A DNA stretch of 64,000 nucleotides. It comes from Okamejei kenojei (taxonomy: Eukaryota). The notes beneath the pieces are model-generated. The model ran no database searches. It was not told the origin of the DNA and worked only from the letters and a program-made list of their open reading frames with translations. Location: the NCBI GenBank assembly GCA_035221665.1, contig CM069160.1, forward strand, positions 34,348,001-34,412,000, read 5' to 3'. Positions 9,104-22,080 of the stretch are shown here, in pieces. Position 1 is the stretch's first letter. Each line of letters opens with the position of its first letter. A program made the translations under genes and the position numbers.

Positions 9104-12100
9104 TTGGAGACACCGCTAAATGCTACAAAAAGTAAATTAAAAGAAATACCCCTAGAGCCTGCGAGAGCGGGGGCGCAAGATGGCTCACCGATTGATAACA
9201 CGGTTACAGACCCAGGAACGGAAACGACCACGGACAAGGAGAGCATGGCACATGAGACATCCACAACAGCTGCGCGACACAAAACTTCAGGTGTGCATCT
9301 GTGGTTGGGGAGAAAAGAACATCAATGATGGGCTTGAAGATCCACCAAGGGAGGAAAAAGTGCTTGAGAGAGCAGAGAGACATGGGCCTTGCATTGACCA
9401 GTACTTCTTACGAAGCAACCAGTCAAATCAGTCGAATGAAGCACAGCGACGGGACACAAACCAAAGTTCGCAGAGCATCAGCACCCATGTCACTGAAGAG
9501 GGTGATACAAGCACAGAAATGCCGGTGGAGGAGCCCACGCAACAACTACAAAGACCTCCATTGGAGGGAAAGATCAAAGGGCATAAACCTGGAGTGAAGT
9601 GGCCCAAAGCTGTTGAAAAGAAAGAGTGGGAGACGGTCAACAGTGACCTTATACATATCTTGGAGCAACAAGTGGGCACAGCAGTGGAAAAGCTTGAAAG
9701 GATGGGCAACATAATCTACAGCTATGGAGAAGAACGGTTTGGGGTGAGTAAAGGGAGAGGTGGAAAGAAGTTACCAACACCAATCAAGTCCAGGAGGCAG
9801 CAGGAGATCGAGAGGCTAATCAGAGAGAGGAGACAGTTGAAAAAGCAATGGAAAAAAGCAACTGACGCAGAAGAAGGTCTCATGCTACTCCAAGAGGACA
9901 TCAAGAGCCGATTGGCAACCTTGCGAAAAGCAGAGAACATGAGGAAACTTCGCAAGAATAAAGAACACACAAGAACACGGTTCTACAAAGACCCTTTCAA
10001 GTTCATCAAAGACCTCTTCGCAAAGGAAAAAAGTGGAACTTTGAAAACATCAAAACAAGAATTGGAGGAACACCTGGAAAAAGGCCCACCAAGCACGAAA
10101 AGGCATGAGAAGTTAGTCATTTCCCACATGACATCCACCTATTCAACCACCTGAATTCAACCTGGACACCAGCCCTCCGAAATGGAAAGAGGTAGAGAAA
10201 CACTGTCGGCGAGCAAGAGAGCAGCATCAGCTCGGGGCCAAACGGGAGTACCATACAAGCTCTACAAGAATGCACGGATGTGTTACGCTTTCTATGGAAG
10301 CTCATGAGGGTGGTTGTGGAAGAAGCAACAATACCTAAGGTGTGGCGAAGGGCCGGCGGCATACTAATACCTAAAGAAAAGGATGCATCAGGACATCAGC
10401 CAATTCCGGCCAATATGTCTCCTCAACGTCGAGGGAAAAATCTTTTTCAGCATTGTATCACAAAGGCTATCCACCTATCTGGTAAACAAACAAGTACATT
10501 GATACATCTGTACATAAAGCAGGAATTCAGGTTTTTCGGGCTGCTTGGAGCATTACAAGCATGATCTGGCACCAGATCCAAGCAGCTAAGAAGGACAAGA
10601 AAGACCTACATGTGATCTTCCTCGATCTGGCCAATGCATTTGGTTCAGTTCCACATGAACTCCTTTGGGAATCTTTTGCCTTTTTCCATGTACCAGAGCT
10701 CATCACCACACTGGTCAAGAAAACTATTTCCAAGGACCTGCAGCTGTGCTTCACAACAGCTGAATTCAGTACAACATGGCAGCGCTTGGAAGTAGGCATC
10801 ATGGCAGGCTGCACAGTCTCACCCTTGGCCTTTACAATGGCCATGGAAGTCATCATCAGGGCCTCAAAATGGGTGGTGGGCGGTGAACGAACAAGCTGGG
10901 CTCCGTCTGCCACCCATCAGGGCATACATGGACGATATGACAACAATAACCACTACTGCAGCATGCACCAAAAGGCGGCTATTGGAAAGCTGCAGGAGAG
11001 AACATCAAGTGGGCCCGAATGAAAATCAAACCAAGTAAGTCTCGAAGCATCTCCATAGTTAAGGGGGTGCTTAGAGACACAAGGTTCTGCATCGGTGACG
11101 ACCTAATACCAACAGTGTCTGAGCAGCCAGTAAAAAGCCTGGGCAGATGGTACAACGCAACTCTCAAGGACAAAGAGCAGGTGCAACAGCTAAGGCAAGA
11201 AATTGTCAACGGCCTGGAGATCATCAATCAGACCCTACTGCCTGGGAAACTGAAGCTCTGGTGCCTACAGTTTGGACTCCTTCCTCGGACAATGTGGCCA
11301 CTGACCGTTTATGAAGCTCCAATAACAACTGTGGAGAAGATGGAGCGAACCATAACTTCATACGCGAAGAAATGGCTCGGTGTCCCACGATGTCTAACTA
11401 ACATCGGCCTCTATGGCAAAGGGGTCCTGGAACTACCTCTCACTAGTCTAACAGAGGAATACAAGTGTTCCAAAGTAAGACTCCAGATGACACTGAGGGA
11501 ATCTAGAGACAAGACCATCAGTGCTGTTGCGCCGCCCCTAGTAACGGGCCGGAAGTGGACACCATCTGATGCAGTACAGCAAGCTTCATCAGCCCTGAGG
11601 CACAAAGACGTCGTGGGCAATGTGCAGCAGGGAAGAGGAGGCTTTGGCCTTACGACAAGTAAACCAACTTGGCGAAAGGCCACAACATCAGAGCGGAGGA
11701 CATTGGTGGTTGAGGAGGTGCGGCGACAGGAGGAGGCCGCAAGAAGTGCAAAGGCGGTCTCGCTTGCCAAACAGGGGCAATGGATGCAGTGGGAAGGTGT
11801 GGAGCGGAGGAAGATCAGCTGGAAAGAACTATGGGAAAATGGAATCAAGCAAGATCAGCTTCATCATCAGAGCGACATACGACGTCCTTCCATCACCAAA
11901 GAACCTCAATCAGTGGTACGGCGAGGATCCAACCTGTGCCCCTCTGCCCAACTCCAGCGACCTCAAACACATCATGGTAGGCTGCCAGACCAGCCTCACG
12001 CAAGGGAGATACACGTGGAGGCATAATCAGGTATTAAAAAGCCTGGCAACAGCCCTTGAGAACAGGCTGTGTGCGACCAACTCCTTGCCTCCGAGAGCAA

Positions 12101-12624
12101 GCAATCCCTCCCACTTAAGGGCGATAACTTTGTCCGAGAAGGACAGAAAACACCGAAACATCCTTCCACTAGATCAGAAGAAGGAAACCTATGCAGGGCC
12201 CGTGACTGGAGGATGCTGGCGGACATCGGCCGACAACTAATCTTTCCAACCTGAAATTGCTTTAACCAACCTCAGGCCAGATTTGGTGTTCTGGTCCCTT
12301 TCACAGAAGACTGCTTACATCATAGAGCTCACAGTTCCATGGGAGAACTCTGTTGTGGAGGCCTATGAGCGTAAGAAGCTGCGTTACACAGAGCTTGCAG
12401 CAGAGCAAGGCAGCGTGGCTGGGAACATCAACATTTATCCAGTTGAAGTGGGATGCAGAGGATTTGTTGCGTCATCTACCATCAGACTGCTGAAGGAGCT
12501 TGGAATCCACGGTCAGGCTCTGCAGAAGACCATAAGATCACTCTCAGACGCGGCTGAAAGAAGCAGCTGTTGGATTTGGCTCAAGCGGAAAGACCCATGC
12601 TGGGCCCCAAATGCGTCATGGTGA
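9104..12624 (+). pseudogene. HERO-like ORF: N-terminal zinc finger, reverse transcriptase, zinc knuckle, PD-(D/E)xK restriction-like endonuclease (frameshifts possibly assembly errors)
   Basis: CICG..GLKIHQGRKKC; FLDLANAFGSVPH; GIMAGCTVSPLAF; AYMDD; PVKSLGRWY; C..CPTPA..KHIMVGC..QGRYTWRHNQVL; LRPDLVFWS..IIELTVPWENSVVEAYERKKLRY. Confidence 0.9.
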
Positions 12625-12683
12625 ATCTTTGAGGCAGTTTGACACGGGACACACGCTGAGGGCTGATCATCCTGCAGCGGGCC

Positions 12684-12759
12684 GCCCTTGTGGAGGGTGT
12701 ATAGTGTTAAAAGGCGAAACAACCCAGTGATGCAAGGGTACACTACTGATGATGTGTCC
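12684..12759 (+). ncRNA. Putative permuted hammerhead-like ribozyme (3' UTR copy)
   Basis: Same motif with a compensatory U12707-A12740 pair. GUA at 12699-12701, CUGAUGA at 12746-12752. Two 1-nt indels near GAAAC. Confidence 0.5.
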
Positions 12760-14220
12760 TGTGCCCAGCTGTCCTGAAGGTTACCCAGGCCAAGATATAC
12801 GTATACGTACCGCCCCCCCCCCCTGATGTTGAGCGTCCACCCACTCTCAGCAATCAATGAATGTCGTGAAATGCTCCCCACCTACTGGCACAAGGGACTT
12901 CTTAACATCTAGTCCTGTGTATTTGATTCTCCAAGACTTCGCAAGACTCTATAAAATAATGCAGGACTGGATTGAACTGAGCAACGTTGGATGGAAGTCG
13001 GAGAAAGAAGTGGATTGGAAAACTTTACTTGGATACTAATAATTAATATCAATATATTACTAATATAAATAACTAATATACATTATAGACACTAGGTGGT
13101 ATTCCTACTAACATAATTTTTACTAATATTAATTACTTTTGCTAATAATTAATGATTTTCTATGTTGGAATGAATAGAGTTAAAATTAGGGATTGATTTC
13201 CTTTGGAGATTTTTCCTTTTTGTCAGCAATTTCTTTTACTTTCATTTTTAATATCTTTTTTTTCTTTCTCTTCTTTTTTTCTAGGATGGATTTTTTTTTC
13301 TTTTTTCTTTTTATTCTTTTACTTGTGTTCTTTCTGTTTAAAATTGATTGATTTTTACTTAAGTTCTAAACATGTACTTTGATATCTTTCCTTTTTTTTG
13401 TTCTTCCTGTTTATAATAATTAGATGTTTAAATAAGTCTTAAATAATGGTATTTCTATACTTTTATAATGGTTTATAAAAATTAGATGTTTAAATAAATC
13501 TTAAATAATTGTATTTCTATACCTTTAATGGTCATAAGTTAAATATGCCTTTACTAAATGTCTCTATTTTGTTCTTTCTAAAATTGATAGATTTTTAATT
13601 AAGTTCTAAATATGTATTTTGATATTCTTTCTTTATTATCTCATGTTTATAATAATGAGATGTTTAAACAAGTCTTAAATAATTGTATTTCTATACCTTT
13701 ACAATTGTTTATAATAATTAGATGTTTAAATAAGTTTTAAATAATTGTATTTCTATACCTTTATTTGTTAAATATGCCTTTACTAAATAAGTTTCTATTT
13801 TTATCCCTCTTTTTTCCCTTTCCCTTTTTTTTCTTCTTTAATACTACACCCCCTGTAAAATATTTTTATGGAATAACAATTCCAAAAACCTGGGAGCTGG
13901 TTAAGTTACCAACATCAACGACGGAAGTCGGTAGATGGTTAGCCATGCTAGTATGGCTAGCACTAACTACAGCAACTCTAGATGTAGTTTTTCCTTTCTT
14001 TTTGCACATTACTAACCTCTTAATCTATCCTTTGTACTTTTCTTATATAATCTATTATGGTTTTCTTCAATTTGAATGGAGTTATATACTGGATCAATGG
14101 AGATATATACCTGAGAGACATGCACGAGACTTAAAAATTCATCTATTCGATGTTCGGGTGTAAGGTCGGGTCTGATGTGTCTGAACATAGACTCTATTGC
14201 AGACCTCCATTAGTCATAAG

Positions 14221-17200
14221 ATGCAAGACCCAAAAATAAATATAGGGAATGAGGGAAAAACTTTTTGTAGTTGGAACGTTTTAAAGGTATTAATGAACCG
14301 ATTAAGAGAGGAAAAGTTTTGCACATTTTAAAGGCAATAAAAGCTGATGTGATTTTTATTCAAGAAACACATCTAAAAAAAGATGCGGAACATAGATTGA
14401 AAGCTAAATGGATAGATAAAATGTATCACTATTCTTTTACACATAAATCAAGAGGCGTAGCAATATTATTTCGTAAAGGTATTTTATTTAAACATACATC
14501 AACTATAACTGATAAAGATGGAAGATATATTATCGTCATATGAGAATTAAATACACAAAAAATGATTTTCGTTAATGTATATGGACCAAATTTTGATAGC
14601 CCATTGTTTTTTAAGAAGGTATTTAATAATATTCCGGAATTAGCACAACATAACCTAATAATTGGAGGTGACTTTAATTGTACACTTGATCCATACTTAG
14701 ATATATCTACAAGGCAAAGGAAAGTTAAATCACACTCTAGTGATTTATTAAATGCATATACGGAAACTACTGATATCAAAGATGTTTGGAGAATTGAAAA
14801 CCCTACTGGACGAGAATCTCTTTTTACTGTCAGTACATAAAACTTACTCAAGAATAGATTATTTTTTGGTGGACGCTAAACTTATTTTGCTTACTTATAA
14901 ATCCCAATATCATAATATCATAATTTCAGATCATGCACCATTAACATTCAAGATCAAAATAAATGGTAAACTACAAAAATCAGAACAGTGGAGATTTAAC
15001 CCACAAATATTAGAAAATAAAATTACCCAGGAATATATTACAGAACAAATTAAGATTTTTTCGAAATAAATGATAAACCGGAATAATCTTGTTCCTTATT
15101 ATGGGAAACATTTAAAGCATACCTCCGGGGAATCATGATTTCCTCTCAAGCATTTTATAATAAAAAGAAACGTAAGGAGCAGCAAGATTTGGAAAAGGAG
15201 ATTAAACAATTAGATATACAGAACGCAATGAATCCAACTACTATATTACATAATAAAATTGCAGCATTGAAATATAAAATTAAACAAAATATTTACAGAC
15301 CAAGTCGTTAAATTTTATCAACCTACTAAACAATTACAGTTTGATTCGGTGATAAACCTCAAAAATTACTGGCTCGTCAACTAAGGAAAATGGAAGCTGA
15401 AAAAAATAATCCATAGGATTAAATCACATAAAGCGAACTGTTAACACAGCCTAAAGATATTAATGAAAGATTTATGCAATATTATAAAAACTTATACACT
15501 GCAAAAACACAGATAATAAAATAGGAATTGAAGCATTTTTAAAAAAATGTAACTTGAAAGGATTGGATTCACAAAATATAGAGTTATTGAATGCTGATAT
15601 TACGATAAAAGAAATCCAAGAATCTATTAGATCACTAAAAAAGGGTAAAACACCGGACCAGACGGCAATTGGCTCGAATTTTATATAAAGTATTTTTATG
15701 ATCAGAATTGTACCACGTTTGAAATTACTATATGATCATATATATACACAGTACAAACTACCAGAAACATTAAATTAATCTATTATAACACTTTTACCCA
15801 AAATAACCAAAGACTTGGATGAACCAGGATCATTTAGAGCAATAGCTCTTCTAAATACCGATCAAAAGATATTAACTAAAATATTAGCACAAAGGTTAAG
15901 TTTAGTTGTTACTAAATTAGTTCACCATGATCAAACAGGATTTATACCAAAACGATACTCTTCGTATAATTTGAGACGGTTATTCAATATTATATACTCG
16001 AAAAGAGATATTAATAAAAGACCTAGTAGTTATTTCGTTAGATGCAGAGAAAGCCTTTGATCAAGTGGAATGGCCTTACTTGTTCTCGGTTATGGAAGCT
16101 TTTAATCTGGGAGAAAAGTTTATTAACTGGATCAAATTGCTAAATACAAATCCGACAGCTAGAATTAATAACAAATCAAATGTTATCAACCTAAATTCAA
16201 TTTATCTCGTGGTTGCAGACAAGGTTGTCCCTTTATCTCCTTTAAATTGTTTGCATTGGCAATAGAACCGTTAGCTCTGATGGTGATGATCACATCCGGA
16301 AATATATGGATACGATACTAGAGACACTAAAAATAAAATCTCTCTATATGCGGATGATGTGCTACTTTACATCACAAAACCAGAAACTAGTATCCGTAAT
16401 TTGTTAAAATTAATAACTGAATTTGGATCCTATTCAGGATATAGTATTAACTGGAATAAAAGTGAACTTATGCCAATAACGGTAAACAATTTACATATAT
16501 TACAACAATTCCCTTTGAAGATAACAAATGAAAAAATTAAATATCTTGGAATCTTTGTAACAAAATGATTTGACTCCTTATTTAAAGCTAATTTTCCACT
16601 ATTATTGAACAAATTAAATAAGAATATTATATATTGGAAAACTTTAACTATATCGATGATAGGCAAAATTAATATAATAAAAATGGTGTTTCTCTTCCAC
16701 AATTATTGTACCTTTTCCAATCAATCCCAATATATCTCCCTAAAAATTTCTTTAAAAAGGTGGACTCCTTAGTCACTAACTGCATTTGGGATTATGTGCC
16801 ATAGAATAAACAAAAAAACATTTATGTAAATCAAAAATAAATGGAGGTCTAGCTCTACCAAATTTTACGTTTTATTACTGGGCAGTTAACATTAAAAATA
16901 TGAATTTTGTTAGAAGAAATAGATAATCAACCAACTTGGTTAAATATGGAAAAGAAGATTGTTCTCCTTTTGAAATTAGTTCTATAATATTCGCTAATAC
17001 TAATTTAGCTAAGAAAAATATAGTGATAATCCAATAATAGGAAGTGGAATACGTATTTGGAAACAAATAAAGAAAAAACATTAAAATTAAAATCTATACC
17101 ACTATCTCTTAGCATTGTAAATAATGTTACATTTAAACCTCAATGATGGATAAAGCTTTTTCACAATGGAAAAATAATGGAATTATTAAGATTGGGGATC

Positions 17201-18043
17201 TCTATAGGGAAAACTCCTTCCTTTCATTTCAAGACATACAACAAATTTATGGACTACAATCTAAAGAGTACTTTAGATACTTACAAATTAGAGATTATGT
17301 TAAAGCAAATACGCAAGAACTTAGAAATAGAAAGATAGAAATAATAGATGATTTTGAATAAACATCCGAATACAGAAAAAATGATTTCATATATATATAA
17401 CATCTTATTGGAAGGTGATGTTCCATCAACAGAAATACATAGACAATCGTGGGAAAATGAATTATGTCAAAAGCTATTAGACCAGAAATATGGGATGATA
17501 GTTTACAACATATACATCATTGTTTGCTAAATGCTAAACACTCTCTTATACAGTTTAAAATATTACATAGATTATATTTATTCAAAAACCAAATTACATA
17601 ATATGTTCCCAAAAGTATCTCCTATATGTGATAAATGTCAACATTTAGAAGCCAATCTGTCACACTCATTTACAAATTGTATAAAAATTACAAAATTCTG
17701 GATTGAAATATTTAGGATAATTTCGAATGTTGTTAATATAACTTTGACACCCGATTCAAAGCTAATAATACTAGGAATATTGGAAACAGAACAAAATAGT
17801 AACAACAAACCAAGAATTTTTATTGATTATGGGTTAATAATTGGGAAAAAATTAATATAAAAATTTTGGAAAGGCCCTACATTCCCTACAATCAAAATGT
17901 GGAATACAGAAATGTCGGAGACTCTTCATCTGCAGAGATTGAGGCTTGTCTTAATGGACAGGTTAGATCTCTTCAGAGGGATATGGTCTCCATATATTGA
18001 ATATTTACAGAGTCATAATGGCTCGGTACGAGGGCTTGACTGA
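14221..18043 (+). pseudogene. L1-B ORF2 (APE endonuclease + RT + C-terminal Cys-rich region), frameshifted
   Basis: SWNV..G, DVIFIQETH, NVYGPN, GGDFN, YSRIDYFLV, ISDHAP (APE); SLYADD (RT); CDKC..H..C near the C-terminus. Confidence 0.9.
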
Positions 18044-18789
18044 GGCCTGAATATTAGAATGGATGAAGAAAGAAATATAATAAATCATGCCTATATCTCC
18101 AATGACGGAATAACGATTAATACTCCATTCGTTTTCATATTTTTTTCATTATTTATCTCTATCTTTTCTTACTTTATAAAAAATAATTAAAAAAGCGTAT
18201 AGAAGCATATAGTCCTAAATCTCAATATTATTAATATTATGAAAGTATTTAATGATGTATTTTCATTTATGTAAAATATTGTAATTTTCATATATATGTT
18301 TCTATAATAAAAAAATATTCATCAAAAAAAAAAGAATTAATGCGATATAAATGATTTTTCTTCCGCAATTATTATACCTGTTTCAACTGATCCCGATATA
18401 TCTTCCTGAAATTTTTTCAAGAAAGTGGACTCTATAGTTACCAATTTTATTTGGGATAATAAGAGCCATAGAATAAATAAAAAAAACGTCTATGTAAATC
18501 AAAAATAAATGGAGGTTTTGCACTGCCTAATTTTATGTTTTACTTCGGAGTCACGTGAGTGACTACGTGAAGAACCCGCCTCACGCTGGCAACGGCATGA
18601 CGTCAACGCTGACGGCGGAAGGAGGAGCTGCAGTAAGGAGCAGCTCCTCGCAGCGGTCGGAACGGCCCGCAGGTAAGTGCAGCTAGATCGGGGCGTTTTT
18701 TAGGTTACGCTGGGTGGCTCCAGCAAACGAAACCAAAATTAAAATTTAGAGCCACGTTAACGTGCTGATTGAGCACTGATTATTAAAGA

Positions 18790-20030
18790 AAAATGGAGAA
18801 ATCGGGAAAGAAGTTTTCGCGGGTAAAAAGATCTTCCCGGGGTGAAAAGTAAAAAATACGGGACGCAAAGTTAGTGCGGACCCGGTTCCGATACCGTTGG
18901 CCGCCGATTTACCCGATAGTGAGTTTCCAGATTCTCCAGAAATAATAACCACGGAGGAAAATGCTCCTAAAAAATGCAAAAAGAAATCTGAGAGGCCCGT
19001 GGTTTCTGATGACTCTGATACTGAAAGACCTCCAGACAATAAAAACTATGTGGCTAAAAAAAATGGAGCATATGGAGAAAAGTTCTCCAAACAATTATGA
19101 GACAAGGGTCAAAGTACCCAGATGAATCCCAAAAAATCCCTGAGGGGTTTGAATATGATGAATATGGCTGTGGGCCAAGTTGGGAATATGATACTCCAGA
19201 CCCAGGATTTGGGCCGGAAGAAGTCTCATGGGGTGATATCCCAATTGATTTAGGGCTGCAGAAGGCAGACCCTGCTGGTGGTGATATGGCTTTTGAAAGC
19301 ACACCACAAAGTAAAAAGAAAAGGCCTAATGTGCCTGGGATAGCACAAGATTTTGCTATACCTGAAGGAAGTGGTGAGGCTATGGAAGAAAACCTAGCTG
19401 CCAACATAAATTATATGGTATCTCATCAACTTCACAATTCTGTGATGAATGAAACATCAGAATTATATAAAGCACCAGGAAATTGTGCCTCATTGGAAGT
19501 GCCTACGGTGAATCCGGTGATATGGATGTCTATGACTCCAAGTATGAGAGCCCAAGAAGTGAAGTTTCAAAAGGTGCTCAAATTAATTTCTGCTGCCATT
19601 ACGGCCTATGGGAGGCAAATGGAGAATCTGGAAATGGAAAAGATTCAAAAAGATACTTTGGGCTTATTGTGTAATTCGTTCTATGAAATTAATTGTATGA
19701 GGAAAATGGCGATTTGGCCCATATTTCACCCTAGGTTTGCAAGCCTGTGTCAAGAAAGTGGTGTTCAAGCTCCTGGGTATTTGTTTGGAGAAAATCTGCC
19801 GAAACAGCTGAAAGAGTTGGATGAAGAAGCTAAATATTTTAGCAATATTAAACCTTTTGTCTTTGGACAAAGAAGGGTTTTTTCGACCCGAAGGGGTTTC
19901 GATTTTCGTTATAGAGGCAGAAATTTGTCAAGAAAATACTATCGTGCTGTGCAGGCCAGTGCTTCCCTGTATTCGGGAAGAAGGAGACCACCACACTCAT
20001 ATGGAGAGGTATTAAAGACTTCTATCCTTA
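18790..20030 (+). pseudogene. DIRS gag-like ORF
   Basis: Long ORF 19097-20227 (overlapping the RT start) with PGNCASLEVPTVNPVIW and YLFGENLPKQLKEL motifs typical of DIRS ORF1. Start position approximate. Confidence 0.7.
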
Positions 20031-22080
20031 AAGAAACTGTGGATGAATCTCCAGTTGGAGGGAGATTGCAAAAATTTTATAATGCCTGGCTTAATATTAC
20101 TTCTGATCGATATATATTACAAGCAGTTTCGGGAGCCATTATTACTTTTAAAGAAGGGTTAATCCTCCTGTACAGAATAAACTGCTTATGCTTATGTGTT
20201 TTCTGCAGAGGAAAGAAAGGAGATTAATGTGGAAATTGACAAATTATCTGGAAAAGGGGTAATTGAAAAGACTTATGAACATAAGCATCAATTTGTCTCT
20301 AATATATTTCGAAGAGATAAAAAGATGGTGGTTGCAGAATTATCTGGACCTTACAGATCTAAATAAGTTTGTAGAATACAAAACATTTTAAGATGGAGAC
20401 ATTCAGTACTGCAAAATATCTTATTTCAGCAGGGTGTTATTATGGCTAAGATTGGGGATTTGAAGGATGCCTATTATTCTGTAGCAATTCATCAATTCTT
20501 CCGGAGGAGGTACTTAAAATTTAATTGGCTGGGACAATTATGGCAGTTTAAAGCTTTACCAAATGGATTGAGTTCGGCTCCTAGACTCTTTACAAAACTG
20601 TTGAAACCAGTTTTAGCCCAATTAAGAGCACAGAAACACATTGTTATGGCTTATCTGGATGATATTCTGATCATTAATGATAATCAAGAGTCAGCTGAGC
20701 ACTCAGTTTCAGTTACTAAAGCTTTGTTTTAAAAGCTAGGGTTCTTGATTCATCCAATTAAGTCCCAGCTGCAGCCAGCACAAACAATTAACTTTTTGGG
20801 GTTTGTAATTAACTCAGTGACTATGTTAGTTACTTTGCCAACAGAGAAGGCCAATGATATTTTGATAACTTGTAATTACCTCATTCACAAACCTTATCCC
20901 TCCATCCGAGAAGTGGCGAAAACCATTGGTAAACTGGTAGCAGCATTTCCGGCAGTGGAATTTGGTCCATTACATTATCAAAATCTTCAAAGGGACAAAA
21001 TAAGGGCTCTTAAAGAGAAGGCAGGTCACTTTGACAGGCCTATGCAATTAACAAAAGAAGCCGTGTTGGAATTACAATGGTGGGTTGAAAATGTCCCACA
21101 ATGGGGATCAGAGGGTATGGAGAGAAGGCAGGTACGGGATACTGAGTTGGATGATCAGCCATGATCATATTGAATGGCGGTGCAGGCTCGAAGGGCTGAA
21201 TGGCCTACTCCTGCACCTAATTTCTATGTTTCTATGTTTCTATGTAAGCTGCTAAGAATATCATGATTAAACAGCCTGAAATGGTTTTACAAACAGATGC
21301 TAGTGCTCTTGGATGGGGGGGCTACAGATTCATCCTCCAGTTGTGGAGGTAGATGGAAAGCTCAAGAAGAAGCGTTTCTTCAAGCTTATGGTATTAACTA
21401 TTTGGAGTTATTGGGTGCTTTTTATGGGCTTAAAGCATATTGTTGTGCTAAACAAGGTCTACATGTATTAATACAGTTAGACAATAAAACGGCTGTTGCA
21501 TACATTAATCACATGGGGGGAGTTAGATCAGTATCATGTGATTGTCTGGTCAATAAGATATGGCAATGGTGTATTGGTCCCAAATATGGATTTCAGCAAG
21601 CTACATTCCAGGTAAGGACAATGTGGTAGCAGATGAAAGGTCCAGGATTTTTAAAGATAATACGGAATGGATGCTTAAGCCAGCAATATTTAAGAATATT
21701 GTAAGCCGATTTGGGTTGCCAGAAATTGATTTGTTGGCAATCTAGGCTTAATCATCAATTGCCTAATTATGTGTCTTGGGAACACGATCCAGATGCAGTA
21801 GCAGTAGATGCTTTTTCATTACACTGGGGAAAGATGTTCTTTTATGCTTTTCCACCATTTGCTTTGATTCAGAGATGCCTGAAGAAGATAGAACAAGATT
21901 CTGCTTCTGGATTGTTGGTAGTTCCAAATTGGCCAACTCAACCTTGGTTCCCAGTAATGCTGTATATGATTAAAGAACCATATATGTCGATTCCTAACTG
22001 TAGTGATATCTTGACTAATCCGGTAACTAAAGAAATTTACCCATTGTATGCATATATGAATTTATTAATCTTGCAGGTTT
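20030..22080 (+). pseudogene. DIRS RT / RNase H / adenine-methyltransferase-like ORF
   Basis: PVGGRLQKF; DLKDAYY; LPNGLSSAPRLFTK; AYLDD; TDAS..GWG; INYLEL; DNKTAVAYINHMGG; DAFSLHWG..YAFPPF..VVPNWPTQPWF. Confidence 0.88.
21103..21245 (+). mobile_element. CR1-type LINE 3' fragment inserted in the DIRS RT/RH region
   Basis: GATCAGCCATGATCATATTGAATGGCGG..GGCCTACTCCTGCACC followed by a (TTTCTATG)n tail. The DIRS coding sequence continues on both sides. Confidence 0.85.

Larger units (their letters stand above)
8447..12930 (+). mobile_element. HERO-like (R2 group, RLE-type) non-LTR retrotransposon with a terminal direct repeat (8447-8938 = 12465-12930), inserted in the L1-B inter-ORF region
   Basis: Single long ORF (ZF-RT-CCHC-RLE). 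The 3' end of the ORF plus the 3' UTR is duplicated upstream of the element. No poly(A). L1 inter-ORF sequence on both flanks. Confidence 0.88.
1117..18333 (+). mobile_element. Full-length L1-clade LINE (L1-B) inserted in L1-A, itself interrupted by an ERV and a HERO-like element
   Basis: TSD GAATTAATGCGATATA at 1101-1116 and 18334-18349. GC-rich 5' UTR from 1117, then ORF1, a long inter-ORF region and ORF2. AATAAA at 18306 and A-tail at 18324-18333. Confidence 0.93.

Noticed and set aside
9100-12624. Programmed frameshifting in the HERO, env, DIRS and L1 ORFs
   Set aside because: Scattered 1-nt indels, often at homopolymers, occur window-wide, consistent with long-read consensus error or neutral decay.
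8447-12930. Terminal direct repeats as true LTRs
   Set aside because: No TG..CA termini, PBS, PPT or integrase; the repeat begins inside the endonuclease coding region.
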